Assembly (NCBI GenBank): GCA_964597535.1 | Contig: CAZQYB010000001.1 | Span: 1-58,605, forward strand | DNA length: 58,605 nucleotides | From: an uncultured Pirellulales bacterium | GTDB lineage: Bacteria > Planctomycetota > Phycisphaerae > Sedimentisphaerales > Anaerobacaceae | Direction: 5' to 3' | Made by a program: the position numbers and the translations under genes | Shown here: piece by piece, positions 48,401 through 56,641 of the stretch | Layout: every line of letters begins with the position of its first letter | Position numbering within the stretch: position 1 is the first letter of the stretch | Notes under the pieces: model-generated | What the model was told of the DNA's origin: nothing | What the model saw: the letters and a program-made list of their open reading frames with translations, nothing else | The model's database searches: none

Positions 48401-49741
48401 GAGATTCTGCTCGGAAGCGATTACGAGAATGCTCCTGCTCGAGGCGGGCGTGTAGGGCCGGTGCTTATGCGGCTTTATGCTAAGGTGGGTCGATTTGATA
48501 AGGCACTTGAGGTTTGCCGTATTAGACTGAAGCAAGACCCCAGGGGGCATCAGACAGTAAACATTGCAGAGCAGATTACGGAAGTTTCACGCAACTGTAC
48601 CAGAGGGCCGAAGTTACTGGACACTTTTCTTGAGGAAGTCAAGGCCGATATGCAGCAGCACCAGTATCGACGTTTTAGCGGTGCTGTTAAAGCGTATTTG
48701 GCGGCACATCCTGCAGAGCAAGACAGTGGAGATGCCGGGGTTGACCCAGTGGCTTTGTTAAGATATGGGCGGAGGGTCGAGGTTCCAAAAAATTGCCGGA
48801 GCTTCGCAGAGTTTCTTGAGAAGCTGGCCGTGCAGGCCGACACCGTTGCGACCCAGTCATTTATGGGGCGATACGGGCAGAAGAGGAAACCTCCTGGCAT
48901 ACAGATGGAGAACGCTTCGGCATTTGAGGTATTGGCTGCAGTGCTCAATGGTACAAATATCCCTATGGAAATGACTCAGGATGGGCACTGGGGGTTCTGT
49001 GAAAGTGGAGATAAAAGCAGGAAGATCTGCTACGGGGGGTCTGGTGGATTGATTTGCCGATTTGACGGTTTCAATCGGCGAGCTGACCGGCCGCATGTTT
49101 GGCTGCTCGGCAGGGTTATGTTTGAACCAGTGGTCAAACGGCACATAGCGTCAATTCAGTCGTTGTTTATGGTGCTCGAGGTGATTGATGACAGAGGCAG
49201 GCAGGTGCCGATACCCAAAGAGGAAGGACGCTGGGGCTATTCAGGTCAGATTGAAGTACTCCTTGGCAAGCAGAATCCACCGGCCAGAAGTGTCACGAAG
49301 TTGCGAGTTAAGACTGCAGTGGTTGTGTGTACAAAGTGGGTGACATTTACTGTGGAACGGCTGGACCACACCGAACCTATCGTGCTGGAAAAGGATGGAG
49401 TGAAGGTTCAAATTAAGCCTATTAGAGAGGTCAAGTGGGACAGGGAATCTCGCTGGGAGATACCGATTGATGTCCGGAGGAAGGATATCGAACTGAATGC
49501 GGAAGGCAAATTGGCAGTTGAGCTAAAAGACCAATTCTGCTTTGTTAACAAAGATGGCGAAAAACTACAAACACACTGGGGTGGTTTTTTTTCTTCAGGT
49601 GGTCATTCGGAAGTTAAGCTTCGTCCGGAGATTGGTACTTTTGACCCTGCGACTACATCTTTATTCATAAAAGAGCCGGCGGCCATCGAGATTGTGCCCT
49701 TCGAATTGACATTCCACAATATACCGATTATTGATAGATAA
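45434..49741 (+). CDS. giant secreted TPR-repeat protein (about 1435 aa) with a non-TPR C-terminal ~350 aa
   Basis: GTG 45434 follows AAGGAAAG and gives the signal peptide (M)KASEKFSLVVVLLVLFASQACEA; the track start at TTG 45392 is also possible. Many 34-aa TPR-like units are present, with a recurring A..Y..AL...P pattern. Confidence 0.7.
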   Translation: MKASEKFSLVVVLLVLFASQACEAQSVRPRESRHDERLAYARSLAEQGKIDKAVQQYQMYYADNPEKHLALLWISELYAANRHIAEAIEFEEKFLVSGDEYLTKGAHFEDHYNRLLRLWENAGCNEAARDHYLVMLEAAGAKPAEVIVARLMLGNVEDRAKNIAGAREHYLATLEMVSPAEGKFQKVVNHVLLREFVQKRWLDDALTAYRNWPDYGYVTQLGEWLRREGRGFEMLELYEDYLISKRGEITEAARGPHWDGYHGRHGLAGRVIDELVSLGQGDSLIKELGVAIAEQPNNAELYKNLGHLFFKMKRYEEGLGELENYSAVLERPLVSDYQWIGGLCEGAGMINKAVDFYEKARDTEITDEEVRRDLMVSARYIPMEERKADFKARIIKSLGDLYLKQERWADAEECFKEIVDLDPRWGREEVQTTLATIWERMGKENAFVEDLKNEVAKDPCDVKLRVRYAETLSRAGKPKESIEEYEQAVELAPEDLSVRLKLAEALARSKQNEKAIAEYKQVFYAACQKGKDEFRRGKGGDETEPWRVLHRLAGFCERAGEKDKLLEIYEEALKLMDSPDTKWKPEPYAKERILRNMVDILEEKREYGSIIDLCLAYRGELKDRARRFIQRCFRCVDSVKPFVAELQEETRAEPNDHWGRFILGDMLVAENREDKAVRVYKKLLTDVSVGSRIHQNLGYVFERMKQYDVAVETWKKELANTEKGSKAYGRWLGRIGDTYLRLGDREKAAESYRKAISCDSSEAGYQLGLFKATDGKEGISKLDTAVVKPAEAVEDLGTMRRRAALLLEHKKDYVESIKAYEQILERAPTDIESMVRLGEAYEKLGKANDAVGLYEKALRMRAWSRGSDYGAYGNLERIYRQRGEDKKLIGLFTTRGDYNGLKHFYRNRKEPEKYHEYLVSRSKQKPGEIKLRFYLGRSYLDRKEMSEAREIFEKLRLELVGDDGKVSDERNAIQLAEAFERLGDFKHGLEILLGSDYENAPARGGRVGPVLMRLYAKVGRFDKALEVCRIRLKQDPRGHQTVNIAEQITEVSRNCTRGPKLLDTFLEEVKADMQQHQYRRFSGAVKAYLAAHPAEQDSGDAGVDPVALLRYGRRVEVPKNCRSFAEFLEKLAVQADTVATQSFMGRYGQKRKPPGIQMENASAFEVLAAVLNGTNIPMEMTQDGHWGFCESGDKSRKICYGGSGGLICRFDGFNRRADRPHVWLLGRVMFEPVVKRHIASIQSLFMVLEVIDDRGRQVPIPKEEGRWGYSGQIEVLLGKQNPPARSVTKLRVKTAVVVCTKWVTFTVERLDHTEPIVLEKDGVKVQIKPIREVKWDRESRWEIPIDVRRKDIELNAEGKLAVELKDQFCFVNKDGEKLQTHWGGFFSSGGHSEVKLRPEIGTFDPATTSLFIKEPAAIEIVPFELTFHNIPIIDR

Positions 49742-49746
49742 CAAAA

Positions 49747-49779
49747 AACGCCGTCCGGGGACAACAAAAAGACGGCGTT
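49747..49779 (+). terminator. hairpin after the TPR gene (possible terminator, weak T-tail)
   Basis: A 9-bp stem pairs AACGCCGTC with GACGGCGTT around a 15-nt loop. An A-run lies 5' and only a short T stretch lies 3'. Confidence 0.4.
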
Positions 49780-49845
49780 ATGGTTTAAGTCGCTGCAAAG
49801 CAGAGGGTTAGGTTGTTTGTTGCACAGCTTTGGGCAAATAAAAGC

Positions 49846-49874
49846 TTGCAAATTCCATCTCTTAAACTTACACT
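49846..49874 (+). promoter_or_regulatory. sigma-70-like promoter upstream of ahcY
   Basis: The sequence is TTGCAA - 17 nt - TACACT, 35 nt before the ATG. Confidence 0.3.
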
Positions 49875-49908
49875 CACCGTTTCTGTTTGTTTTTGAAAGG
49901 GTTGATAA

Positions 49909-51168
49909 ATGAAGAGTGACATAGCCGATTTATCGCTGGCGGCTGAAGGAAAGAAACGAATTCTGTGGGCTGATAAAGATATGCCTGTTCTGGCGGCGAT
50001 TCGCCAAAGGTTTGCCGGGGTCAAGCCGTTGAAGGGCAAAGACGTTTCGGCTTGTTTGCATATAACCGCTGAGACGGCTAATCTGGCGCGGACATTAAAA
50101 GCGGGCGGGGCAAATGTTGCTCTCTGCGCATCTAATCCGCTAAGCACGCAGGACGATGTTGCCGCTTCACTGGTGAAAGATTTTGGGATACCTGTCTTTG
50201 CAATCTGCGGCGAAAATCGCAGGACTTACTACAAACACGTCAATGCGGCAATTGACCATAAGCCGGTCATTACATTTGACGATGGTGCTGATTTGGTGAA
50301 CGAATTACATACTCGCAGAAAGAAGGAGGCCCACCGGATTATTGCGAGTATGGAAGAGACTACGACCGGGGTTATTCGTCTGCGGGCGATGGCAAATGCC
50401 GGCTTGTTGAAGTTTCCGGTTATTGCCGTAAATGACGCTGCGACCAAGCACCTTTTCGACAATCGTTATGGCACGGGCCAGTCAACAGTCGATGGTATCA
50501 TTCGAGCGACCGATTTTCTGATGGGCGGCAAGAAGATTGTCGCGGCCGGGTACGGCTGGTGCGGTCGCGGCTTTGCTATGCGAGCAAGAGGGATGGGGGC
50601 GATTGTTATCATTACGGAAGTTGACGCAATCAAGGCGCTTGAAGCGGCTATGGACGGCTTCGAGGTTATGCCAATGGCGCAGGCGGCAAAGGTAGGCGAA
50701 CTATTTGTAACGCTTACCGGCAATAAAAACGTTATACGAGCTGAGCACTTCCGGGCGATGAAAGACAGGGCGGTTGTGGCAAACAGCGGGCATTTCAATG
50801 TTGAAATAGATATACCGGCTTTGAAGAAGATAAGCAAAAAGGTGAACCGTAACGTTCGCAACCATGTGGATGAATATGTCCTCAGAAATAACAAGCGGAT
50901 TTATCTTCTTGCTGAGGGGCGATTAATTAATCTTGCAGCCGCTGAGGGGCATCCTGCAAGTGTTATGGATATGAGCTTTGCGACACAGGCGCTGGAGTCT
51001 GAATATGTGATAAGAAAACAGGGCAAACTTGCTGTTGCAGTCCATGATGTCCCTATCAAGATAGAACAGCAGGTGAGCAGACTAAAACTGAAATCAATGT
51101 CGATTGGAATAGATAAACTTACGCCGGAACAGGTTAAGTATCTTGCCAGCAGTGGTGAAGGGACATAA
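49909..51168 (+). CDS. ahcY: adenosylhomocysteinase (short form)
   Basis: It has DLSLAAEGKKRILWA, LHITAETANLARTLKAGGA, the NAD loop GYGWCGRG and NSGHFNVEID. Confidence 0.93.
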   Translation: MKSDIADLSLAAEGKKRILWADKDMPVLAAIRQRFAGVKPLKGKDVSACLHITAETANLARTLKAGGANVALCASNPLSTQDDVAASLVKDFGIPVFAICGENRRTYYKHVNAAIDHKPVITFDDGADLVNELHTRRKKEAHRIIASMEETTTGVIRLRAMANAGLLKFPVIAVNDAATKHLFDNRYGTGQSTVDGIIRATDFLMGGKKIVAAGYGWCGRGFAMRARGMGAIVIITEVDAIKALEAAMDGFEVMPMAQAAKVGELFVTLTGNKNVIRAEHFRAMKDRAVVANSGHFNVEIDIPALKKISKKVNRNVRNHVDEYVLRNNKRIYLLAEGRLINLAAAEGHPASVMDMSFATQALESEYVIRKQGKLAVAVHDVPIKIEQQVSRLKLKSMSIGIDKLTPEQVKYLASSGEGT

Positions 51169-51230
51169 CCTGACTCGTATTGTGTGTTTCTTTTTTCGCG
51201 ATGCGCATCACGCCCAGCGGGGTGAGGCTT

Positions 51231-53096
51231 ATGAATGATAAAAAGATGGAAAAGGCGCCTAAAGTGGCGCCGAAGTCTTTTATGACTGTTGGCCCTGTCC
51301 TGCACTATAGTCATAAGAATGTTCAGAGATGTTGGCTGCTTGCTGTTGCGGTTTTTGCGCTGAGTTGTCTTTTCTGGTCGAAGATAGTGACGGGCTTATT
51401 CTGGTCGTTCGGCTTTCAGACCGTGGTTTCTCCCGAGCTTTGGCGTTTGAGCCGGTTTGTAACGGGCGGTGTCAGTATATTTGAATACCCCTGGCAGATT
51501 TTTGTTTTGGGGCTGCTTATGGGTATTTTGGCAATTGTGCCGGTGCTGGTATCGCAGCTTATGAGCTTCCGGTATAGTTTGCTTTTTATATTGGCGGTGT
51601 TTTTTTTAGCGAATTTGCCGGGCTTTGCGATTTGCATTTTGATAAGTTGTGTTGCGGCGGCGTGTCGTCCGCTTCGTTTTCGGTCTCGTTTTATTGCGAT
51701 AGCATTGTGTACGGCTCCGCAGCTTATTTATTGGGGATATTTCGGCGGTGCAAGGGGAGGAGACCCTGTTGAATGGGGATTTTCTTTTACACCCTGGATT
51801 TGTGCTTGGCTTGTTGGTTTGGGCATAGCGGGATTGGTTCTCGGTATAGGGCATTTTACGCGTTATCGGCCGGGGCTGGTCTGGGCCTTTACTTCCGGTT
51901 TTCTTTTGGTGGCTGTCATAACTTTTGAAATAAAAATAGGTTTTGATGAACTGGACTATCAACTCTATGTAGCCAAGAATAATCCCGAACAAGCGAGCGA
52001 ATTTCACGGCCGCAGTATAACAGAAGCTCTGGATGAAACGATTACGAATCCTGCTGTGAGAGGGTACTTGGCGGTCTTCTATCCTACCGAACCGATACTG
52101 CTTCGTGCGGAATTGAAAAGGAAAATTCAAACTCAGTTGAGATTGGACCGTTGGCCAAGCTGGTTTATAGTACCACCTGAGCTAATGTACCAGGATAAAA
52201 AACGATGGCTTTTCGAACAGTACGATTCGTTTATAAAGCGCCGTCCCCAAAGCGGTCGCATGCCTATGGTGCTTTACTACAAAGCACTTCTAAGTGAATA
52301 TAGCCCGGATATTAATACGTTGGGGCGAAAAGAGATATTACATTTTTACGATGATTACCCGTATGAGAGGTCGCGAGAGATATGGTGGTCGCTGTACATA
52401 AATTTTGGCGGTGCCCCGGAGTCACTCGAGGCACGATGGCGAATTGCCAGGCATTGGGCTGGTCGGGGTGAATTTGAGCAGGCCGATAAGCTTCTTGCGG
52501 AGGCGCAAACGATGACGACCGAGCGATTGAAACTGCTCGAGAGGCAACAGGCACAAAATGATACGTTCTTTAGCCCATTTCGTCCGCCGGCTGATTCAGC
52601 AATGACAATATCTAAACTAACCGAATTACAGCGAAGATTAAATCAATTGCGCAGTCTTATAGGGTTGGAAAATCGAACCGGCAAGCCGGCGTCGTCCGAG
52701 CGTTTGGCAAGATTTGTTATACTAAACCCACACGCTTTCAATTATGACCGGTACCTCGATGAATTGCTGGGGGAAATAGGCGATAGCGACCCTCTCCGTG
52801 ACAATATCCTTTTGGCTAAAGCAAAACTTATTGCCGATGAGCAACTGCAGACTGAAAAGTTAACTCAGCTGCACGAGCAGTTCAAAGGTAAGGACGGTGG
52901 GATAGAAGCGCTTTATGAATCGGCCCTTTTAAAAAAGAATTTGTGGCACCGGCAGAGTGAATTAAATTCGGAGCAGAGGGGAAAAACTCTTGCAGAGATG
53001 CGAGCGATTCTGACGAGTTTTATCGATTTGTATCCGGACAGCATCTTTGTGGAGCAGGCTAAAAAGCTCTTGAGCAATCTACCGGCGGTTAAATAG
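51231..53096 (+). CDS. polytopic membrane protein with a C-terminal soluble helical domain, function unknown
   Basis: It has about 8 hydrophobic segments and then ~330 aa of helical, charged sequence. The start is ambiguous among TTG 51180, ATG 51201 and ATG 51231. Confidence 0.5.
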   Translation: MNDKKMEKAPKVAPKSFMTVGPVLHYSHKNVQRCWLLAVAVFALSCLFWSKIVTGLFWSFGFQTVVSPELWRLSRFVTGGVSIFEYPWQIFVLGLLMGILAIVPVLVSQLMSFRYSLLFILAVFFLANLPGFAICILISCVAAACRPLRFRSRFIAIALCTAPQLIYWGYFGGARGGDPVEWGFSFTPWICAWLVGLGIAGLVLGIGHFTRYRPGLVWAFTSGFLLVAVITFEIKIGFDELDYQLYVAKNNPEQASEFHGRSITEALDETITNPAVRGYLAVFYPTEPILLRAELKRKIQTQLRLDRWPSWFIVPPELMYQDKKRWLFEQYDSFIKRRPQSGRMPMVLYYKALLSEYSPDINTLGRKEILHFYDDYPYERSREIWWSLYINFGGAPESLEARWRIARHWAGRGEFEQADKLLAEAQTMTTERLKLLERQQAQNDTFFSPFRPPADSAMTISKLTELQRRLNQLRSLIGLENRTGKPASSERLARFVILNPHAFNYDRYLDELLGEIGDSDPLRDNILLAKAKLIADEQLQTEKLTQLHEQFKGKDGGIEALYESALLKKNLWHRQSELNSEQRGKTLAEMRAILTSFIDLYPDSIFVEQAKKLLSNLPAVK

Positions 53097-53246
53097 TAGG
53101 TGATACTGTTTTTTGGTTTGGTTTTAATCTGCTGAGTTTGACGGTGATTGGCGAAGGAACATATAGTTTCGGATTGTTCCTGTGGGTTTTTCTCCGGCAG
53201 ACTTATTGTTTTTGCCCGGTATAACAGCGAGCGGGGGGGATTTGGG

Positions 53247-53274
53247 TTGACTTTTCTGAAAATTATGCTATCAT
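53247..53274 (+). promoter_or_regulatory. sigma-70-like promoter upstream of the GGDEF gene
   Basis: The sequence is TTGACT - 16 nt (ending TGC) - TATCAT. Confidence 0.3.
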
Positions 53275-53424
53275 AAAGGCCGATAATTAAGCGGTTTTCG
53301 TGGCCTTTTGAGTCTTTTTATGGCAGATGATTGAGCTTGCCCGCCAGAAGAACATAACAGAGCAGTGGCCCTTATCGAAGCTTCTTACCATTAAGGCCGA
53401 ACCGGATACCTGGGGTTTAAATAG

Positions 53425-54468
53425 ATGGAAACCTCTGATACAGACGCTCGAAAAATTTTGCTGGTAGGCGATATCGACAGGGCGTTTTCGGATGCCGATG
53501 GCGTCCGACGGCTTCCCTGCGAAATCTACGCGAATATACCTGATGCAATCGATGCTGCAGCGAAGAACAGCTTTGCAGCAATCGCTGTTGTAATGTCCGG
53601 CTTGTCGGGCAAATTAAATTCGGCCCTGAGGGCATTAAGGCAGGAAAATTGCGATGCGAAGATTGTTCTTCTGGTGCAAATGTATGAAGAGCCGGAAGCG
53701 ATGCAATTGGTTTGTTTGGCGTCGGACGGTGCAAGTGTTGCGGACGATTATTTGATTTGTCCGATTCAGGCAAATAGATTTTACGAGTCCATTATGCCGG
53801 TCCAGGGTCAGCGGACAGCCGAAGCGCTTGTACCTGTCGCCATCGATGCAGCAAGAGCAATGAAAATGAAGCAGCTTGAGGAGTTGGCTATCACCGATGA
53901 CTTGACCGGCCTGAAGAACAGAAGGTATATGTGGGAATTTTGCAGGCAAATCATTGAGCGTGCCAGGCGAGAAGACAGGCAGGCGACGCTGCTGATTTTC
54001 GATATTGATAACTTCAAGCATTACAATGATGTTTACGGTCATTTAGCGGGAGACGAAGTTCTGAAACAAGCTGCTGTTCTGATGCGTCGCTGCTGCCGAC
54101 AGCACGATGCTGTCGGCAGAATTGGTGGCGATGAATTTGCAGTGGTTTTCTGGGATGACCCGCGAAGAAGATCTGTTGACTTACAAGCCGAGAGACGCTC
54201 AACGACCGCTGACCATCCTAAAGAAGCCATTTTCATAGCAGAGCGATTTAGAAAAGAGTTACAGAACGCCGAACTGCATTTGTTGGGTCCTGAAGGCAAA
54301 GGGGTCTTGACGATAAGCGGAGGGCTGGCGAGCTTCCCACGAGATGGCTCAGCGATAGAGGCGCTTTTTAAGCAGGCGGACAAAGCACTTTTGGAGGCCA
54401 AGCGCAGCGGGAAAAACAGAATCTACCTGGTTGGTAAACCTAATAGCGATATCGCCGACATCGGATGA
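53425..54468 (+). CDS. diguanylate cyclase (GGDEF) with a degenerate receiver-like N-terminal domain
   Basis: It has LTGLKNRRYM, the active site RIGGDEFAV and an I-site-like RQHD five residues upstream. The N-terminal KILLVGDID... segment has receiver-like spacing, but no Asp is visible at the expected phospho-acceptor position (AAIAVVMSG). Confidence 0.85.
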   Translation: METSDTDARKILLVGDIDRAFSDADGVRRLPCEIYANIPDAIDAAAKNSFAAIAVVMSGLSGKLNSALRALRQENCDAKIVLLVQMYEEPEAMQLVCLASDGASVADDYLICPIQANRFYESIMPVQGQRTAEALVPVAIDAARAMKMKQLEELAITDDLTGLKNRRYMWEFCRQIIERARREDRQATLLIFDIDNFKHYNDVYGHLAGDEVLKQAAVLMRRCCRQHDAVGRIGGDEFAVVFWDDPRRRSVDLQAERRSTTADHPKEAIFIAERFRKELQNAELHLLGPEGKGVLTISGGLASFPRDGSAIEALFKQADKALLEAKRSGKNRIYLVGKPNSDIADIG

Positions 54469-54506
54469 TAATCAGGGGTTGGTTTATAAGCCAGAGGCAA
54501 AATCCG

Positions 54507-55721
54507 CTACCGGTCATAACCAAGCACAAGCGTCTCGGTTGGACCAAGCAGTTTATAGCGTATTCCTCGCCAGCAGATAGTTCTTCCAAAGGCCGATGAA
54601 ATAATAAAAATCAACAGCAGCAGCGACCATAACCACGAGAAAAGGATGTCAGCGGTTGAGGCGGCCTTCATTTTCGGCAAATCTTTTTCAAGCAATTTGC
54701 CAATCATCTTCTGTCGCAGTATTGCTCTGACCAACTGACCTGCGAAAAAACAGATGGGTACAGCAGCAAAGAGGAGCAGGCGTTCTTTTGCGGTCATAGC
54801 GACATAGAGTGTCAGGACTGCTCCGGCCCACAGCCCCAGTACTGTGTACAAGCTGCTGCCTAATCCGAACCACCAGGTCCTTGGTGCGCCTATGCGGGTA
54901 ATCAGGAATTGTCTCCGGCCAAATTCAAAAAGCTCCGGCCAGGTTGTGGATTCGTGCGAACCTACTAAACAGGCAGGAACGAAAGCCACCTTCAAACCGG
55001 CTTTTTTGACGGCATAGCTTAACGATAAGTCATCGCTCAGGACTTTTGGCCAGATTTTGTCGAGACCCACCTTGCGAAAGACGTCCACACGGATAGCCAT
55101 AGAGCCGCCCCAGGCTTGATTGAAAATGGTGTTGCCAAGCAATTGGGCGATTTTGGCGTTCACTGCCGATAAAGCCAGGGTGGCAAAATTGTTTTTTTTA
55201 GGTATAAACCAACGATAGCCGCTGGCAGCACCGGTTTTGGCTTGCCTGAGAGGATAAACTATGTGACTTAGCCAGTCGCTGCGCACGCAAACATCCGAGT
55301 CGGCAAATGCCAGAACCTCGACATCATCACCAATTCTCTCGTAGCAGTAGAGTAGATTGTGAATTTTTTGGCTGCAAGATTGTCCTTGACCTGCAATAAA
55401 AACTTGTACCTCTTGGGCCTTTGAGCTTTGGCTTAGTTGGTTTTTCAATTTGCACAATTCGCTATAGGCCGGGTCTGATTGTTCGGCAACCACAAACCAC
55501 AGCAGATAGTTTTTGTAGTCCTGATTAAAAAAGGAGCTGATATTTTTTTGGAAGTCTGAATCCAGGCCCTTACACGGCACAATCAGAGCCGTGCAAGGCC
55601 GATAGAATAAACGCTGCTTTTTGTACTTGGCCAGTGCATAGCGGTAGTTCCTGTAAATGTGAACCAAAAAGACTAACTGTGACAGAATTGCCAGCAGGGC
55701 TATGTAGTAATACCAATCCAT
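54507..55721 (-). CDS. family 2 glycosyltransferase, membrane-integrated (ceramide glucosyltransferase/HpnI-like layout)
   Basis: It has an N-terminal TM, a PCKG..D block, FADSDV (DxD-like), QAWGGSMAIR and C-terminal TM helices. I prefer ATG 55721 (MDWYYYIALLAIL) to 55766. Confidence 0.65.
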   Translation of the reverse strand: MDWYYYIALLAILSQLVFLVHIYRNYRYALAKYKKQRLFYRPCTALIVPCKGLDSDFQKNISSFFNQDYKNYLLWFVVAEQSDPAYSELCKLKNQLSQSSKAQEVQVFIAGQGQSCSQKIHNLLYCYERIGDDVEVLAFADSDVCVRSDWLSHIVYPLRQAKTGAASGYRWFIPKKNNFATLALSAVNAKIAQLLGNTIFNQAWGGSMAIRVDVFRKVGLDKIWPKVLSDDLSLSYAVKKAGLKVAFVPACLVGSHESTTWPELFEFGRRQFLITRIGAPRTWWFGLGSSLYTVLGLWAGAVLTLYVAMTAKERLLLFAAVPICFFAGQLVRAILRQKMIGKLLEKDLPKMKAASTADILFSWLWSLLLLIFIISSAFGRTICWRGIRYKLLGPTETLVLGYDR

Positions 55722-55792
55722 TTTTGTATTTCGTATCTGGAATCCGTGTCCCGTTCCACGCCTCATAAGATACTTTTAATGAGACTTACCTA

Positions 55793-56641
55793 TCAGGATA
55801 AAGAAGCCAACGGCACTATTGAGTCGATTAGCTGTTCGATAGTATAAGATATTGAGAGGTCAATTGGAAGTAAACAACCGTGATTATGGTCGGAGGCGAT
55901 TATTATAAGGTTTTTGCCGGCTTGTTCCCATCCGGTCTGCTGTGGCTGATGGCCGAGGATGAAAATGTCAACATCAAGGAGCTTGGCCATTTTATCGAGC
56001 AGGTTTTGACTGTGGTTTCGTCCCCAGATTAAAAGGTGGGCTGAGCCCGGTTTCTTACAATCATCGATTTTCAGCTGCCTGTGCAAAATCTGTAGGTCAA
56101 ATTTATCCACGGAGCGGTCGTTGGGAAGCGAATGTGACATCCATATTCTATTATCGCACCTGACGGCTAATGGTTGGGAAAGCAGAAATTGTTTTATCGC
56201 CATTTTGACATCGGCGCTATTCTGCTGGAATTCCTGCTCCAGAGCCGACAGCATTGGTTGGTTCATTTCTCTGCCGTCTTTCATCACTTTGCTGTTGATG
56301 ATGAATGCGGCGTCGTGGTTTCCCATAACAACGTGGATTTGGTCTGGGAAGCTTAGTTTATAACGGGCGACATCGAAAAGCAATTTGTAAGATAAACACC
56401 CCCCTCTGGAACTTTCGGGGCCTCCGTGGATAATTTCCTGGAGGAGGATATGCCTGTCGGGATTGTTAGCGAGGTCGGCGAAGGCAGTTATCCTTTCGAA
56501 ATTTCGTCGATGCCCGTGAATATCGCCGGTTACCAGTAAACTGCCGTTAGCAGGCAAATAAATCAAATTGCCCTGTCGAAACCTATCTGCCTTGTTGGCT
56601 TCTACAGCCTTGTTTAGCAAATCAATTATTGCTTGATGCAT
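55793..56641 (-). CDS. metallophosphoesterase (PPP-family Ser/Thr phosphatase-like)
   Basis: It has the calcineurin-like motifs VTGDIHGH, GNHD and a later GH block. Its start overlaps the kinase stop by 20 nt. Confidence 0.75.
   Translation of the reverse strand: MHQAIIDLLNKAVEANKADRFRQGNLIYLPANGSLLVTGDIHGHRRNFERITAFADLANNPDRHILLQEIIHGGPESSRGGCLSYKLLFDVARYKLSFPDQIHVVMGNHDAAFIINSKVMKDGREMNQPMLSALEQEFQQNSADVKMAIKQFLLSQPLAVRCDNRIWMSHSLPNDRSVDKFDLQILHRQLKIDDCKKPGSAHLLIWGRNHSQNLLDKMAKLLDVDIFILGHQPQQTGWEQAGKNLIIIASDHNHGCLLPIDLSISYTIEQLIDSIVPLASLS

Noticed and set aside
49780-49908. Possible SAH riboswitch upstream of ahcY
   Set aside because: The 130-nt upstream region has one bulged hairpin (TTGCACAGCTTT...AAAAGCTTGCAA) and a plausible promoter. 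Nothing resembles the conserved SAH-riboswitch core as I remember it. An Rfam scan would settle this.
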